This document shows, piece after piece, positions 62,930 to 64,000 of a stretch of 64,000 nucleotides of DNA (positions are counted from its first letter, which is position 1; each line of letters starts with the position of its first letter). Both the position numbers and the translations under genes were made by a program. A model generated the notes under the pieces. It saw only the letters and a list, made by a program, of their open reading frames with translations. It ran no database searches and was not told where the DNA came from. Source of the DNA: Catajapyx aquilonaris (Eukaryota); contig KZ537976.1 of NCBI GenBank assembly GCA_000934665.2, positions 124,001-188,000 of the forward strand. Direction: 5' to 3'.

Positions 62930-64000
62930 AGCTTCCTCCACAAAAAGTTTTTAAAGTAAAATCTTCCACTAGTGGTTTAGCCTTAATTCGCAACAACTTT
63001 CAGTTGAAATTGCTGCTTGTAATATCTATACTTAGAGAGTTTATTAGATTTTTGTTGTTGTAAAACTCGCGATGTTGCAATATTCTTGTTGGACGTAATT
63101 TTCTCCAATTTTTGTGAACTTTTTCTAGCAGACAACTATATGTAGTGAAGTCATTAAAGTTACGAAATTTGGAGTAACCAACAATGATTGCTTCCACTAC
63201 ATCACCAACCGAAGCGACCAACATTATATAATTTTTGGATGCCATATCTCATTATCTCAGCCCACTTTTACGCGACGAGTAGCAGTTACTTTTAATTGCT
63301 ATATTAGAATCAAAGTAACTAGCAGATTATCTGTTGTTGTTACTTCACCTCCGCTTTCAAATTATATCCCTGTCCACATGAATCCAATACTTGTCTTGAA
63401 CGTGTCAGCACCAACTAGGGCTCCCGTGAAAGTCCACACGTGATTACCACTTTTGCAAATAACGTTCGTATAAGCCACACAGCAGCGACAGCAGACTTGA
63501 GGCCCGTATCAACCTGCTGCAGCCCTGCATTTTTACGACACTGACCATAGAAGCGGACCCCACCCCCCACCTCCATCTCCCCACACGGGTCTATAGGAGA
63601 AGGAGACCCGTTTTCCTGGACGCAAATTAGCTCATAAATCCGAGTTACATTCCCACGGTGAAAAGTTTAAAGGGAATAACGGCGATAGTAATCGTTGCAA
63701 GTGGGCCCGTAGAGCCTCGGTTACCGACAGTTACGGACGATAAGTGGCTTCGGGGTGTGAAGTCTTGGTAAGCCTTGCCAACCAATGCCATTCAGACCTG
63801 CTTTTTTATATTTAAAAAAAGACCGTTTTTGAGAATCGCCAATCCGAAAAAAGGGTTCTAAATGATACGACATTCTGTAGCTGTTTGCGAGCATTACACT
63901 AACGACTACTGGTGGTGTGTGTATAAATAGGAACCCTTTTGCTACTAGGGGGGGTTCGGTCTACTTGCGCATTTTAGGTGGACGCTAATGGCTAGGCCCG

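Overview
Eukaryotic (invertebrate, most likely arthropod) genomic DNA with many short GT-AG introns. The first 46 kb hold six spliced genes on strictly alternating strands. In order they are: the 3' end of synaptotagmin-4 (+), a complete 23-exon dual oxidase DUOX (-), its maturation factor DUOXA head-to-head with it (+), ubiquitin protease USP3 (-), an MTMR10/11/12-type pseudophosphatase head-to-head with USP3 (+), and a ZIP1/2/3-type zinc transporter (-). I traced exon boundaries by hand, and reading-frame phases are consistent for every model. The last ~18 kb have no recognisable coding exon. Introns carry several non-autonomous DNA-transposon relics (MITEs) and hairpins, and there are four N gaps. 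The most notable points are the vertebrate-style divergent DUOX/DUOXA unit in an apparent protostome, a DUOXA cytoplasmic tail with SH2/SH3-type motifs, a DUOX peroxidase domain that keeps the proximal heme His, and gene content matching human 15q/1q21-22. No prokaryotic-type system, CRISPR array or structural RNA gene was found. Gene identities rest on recalled family motifs; no database search was run.
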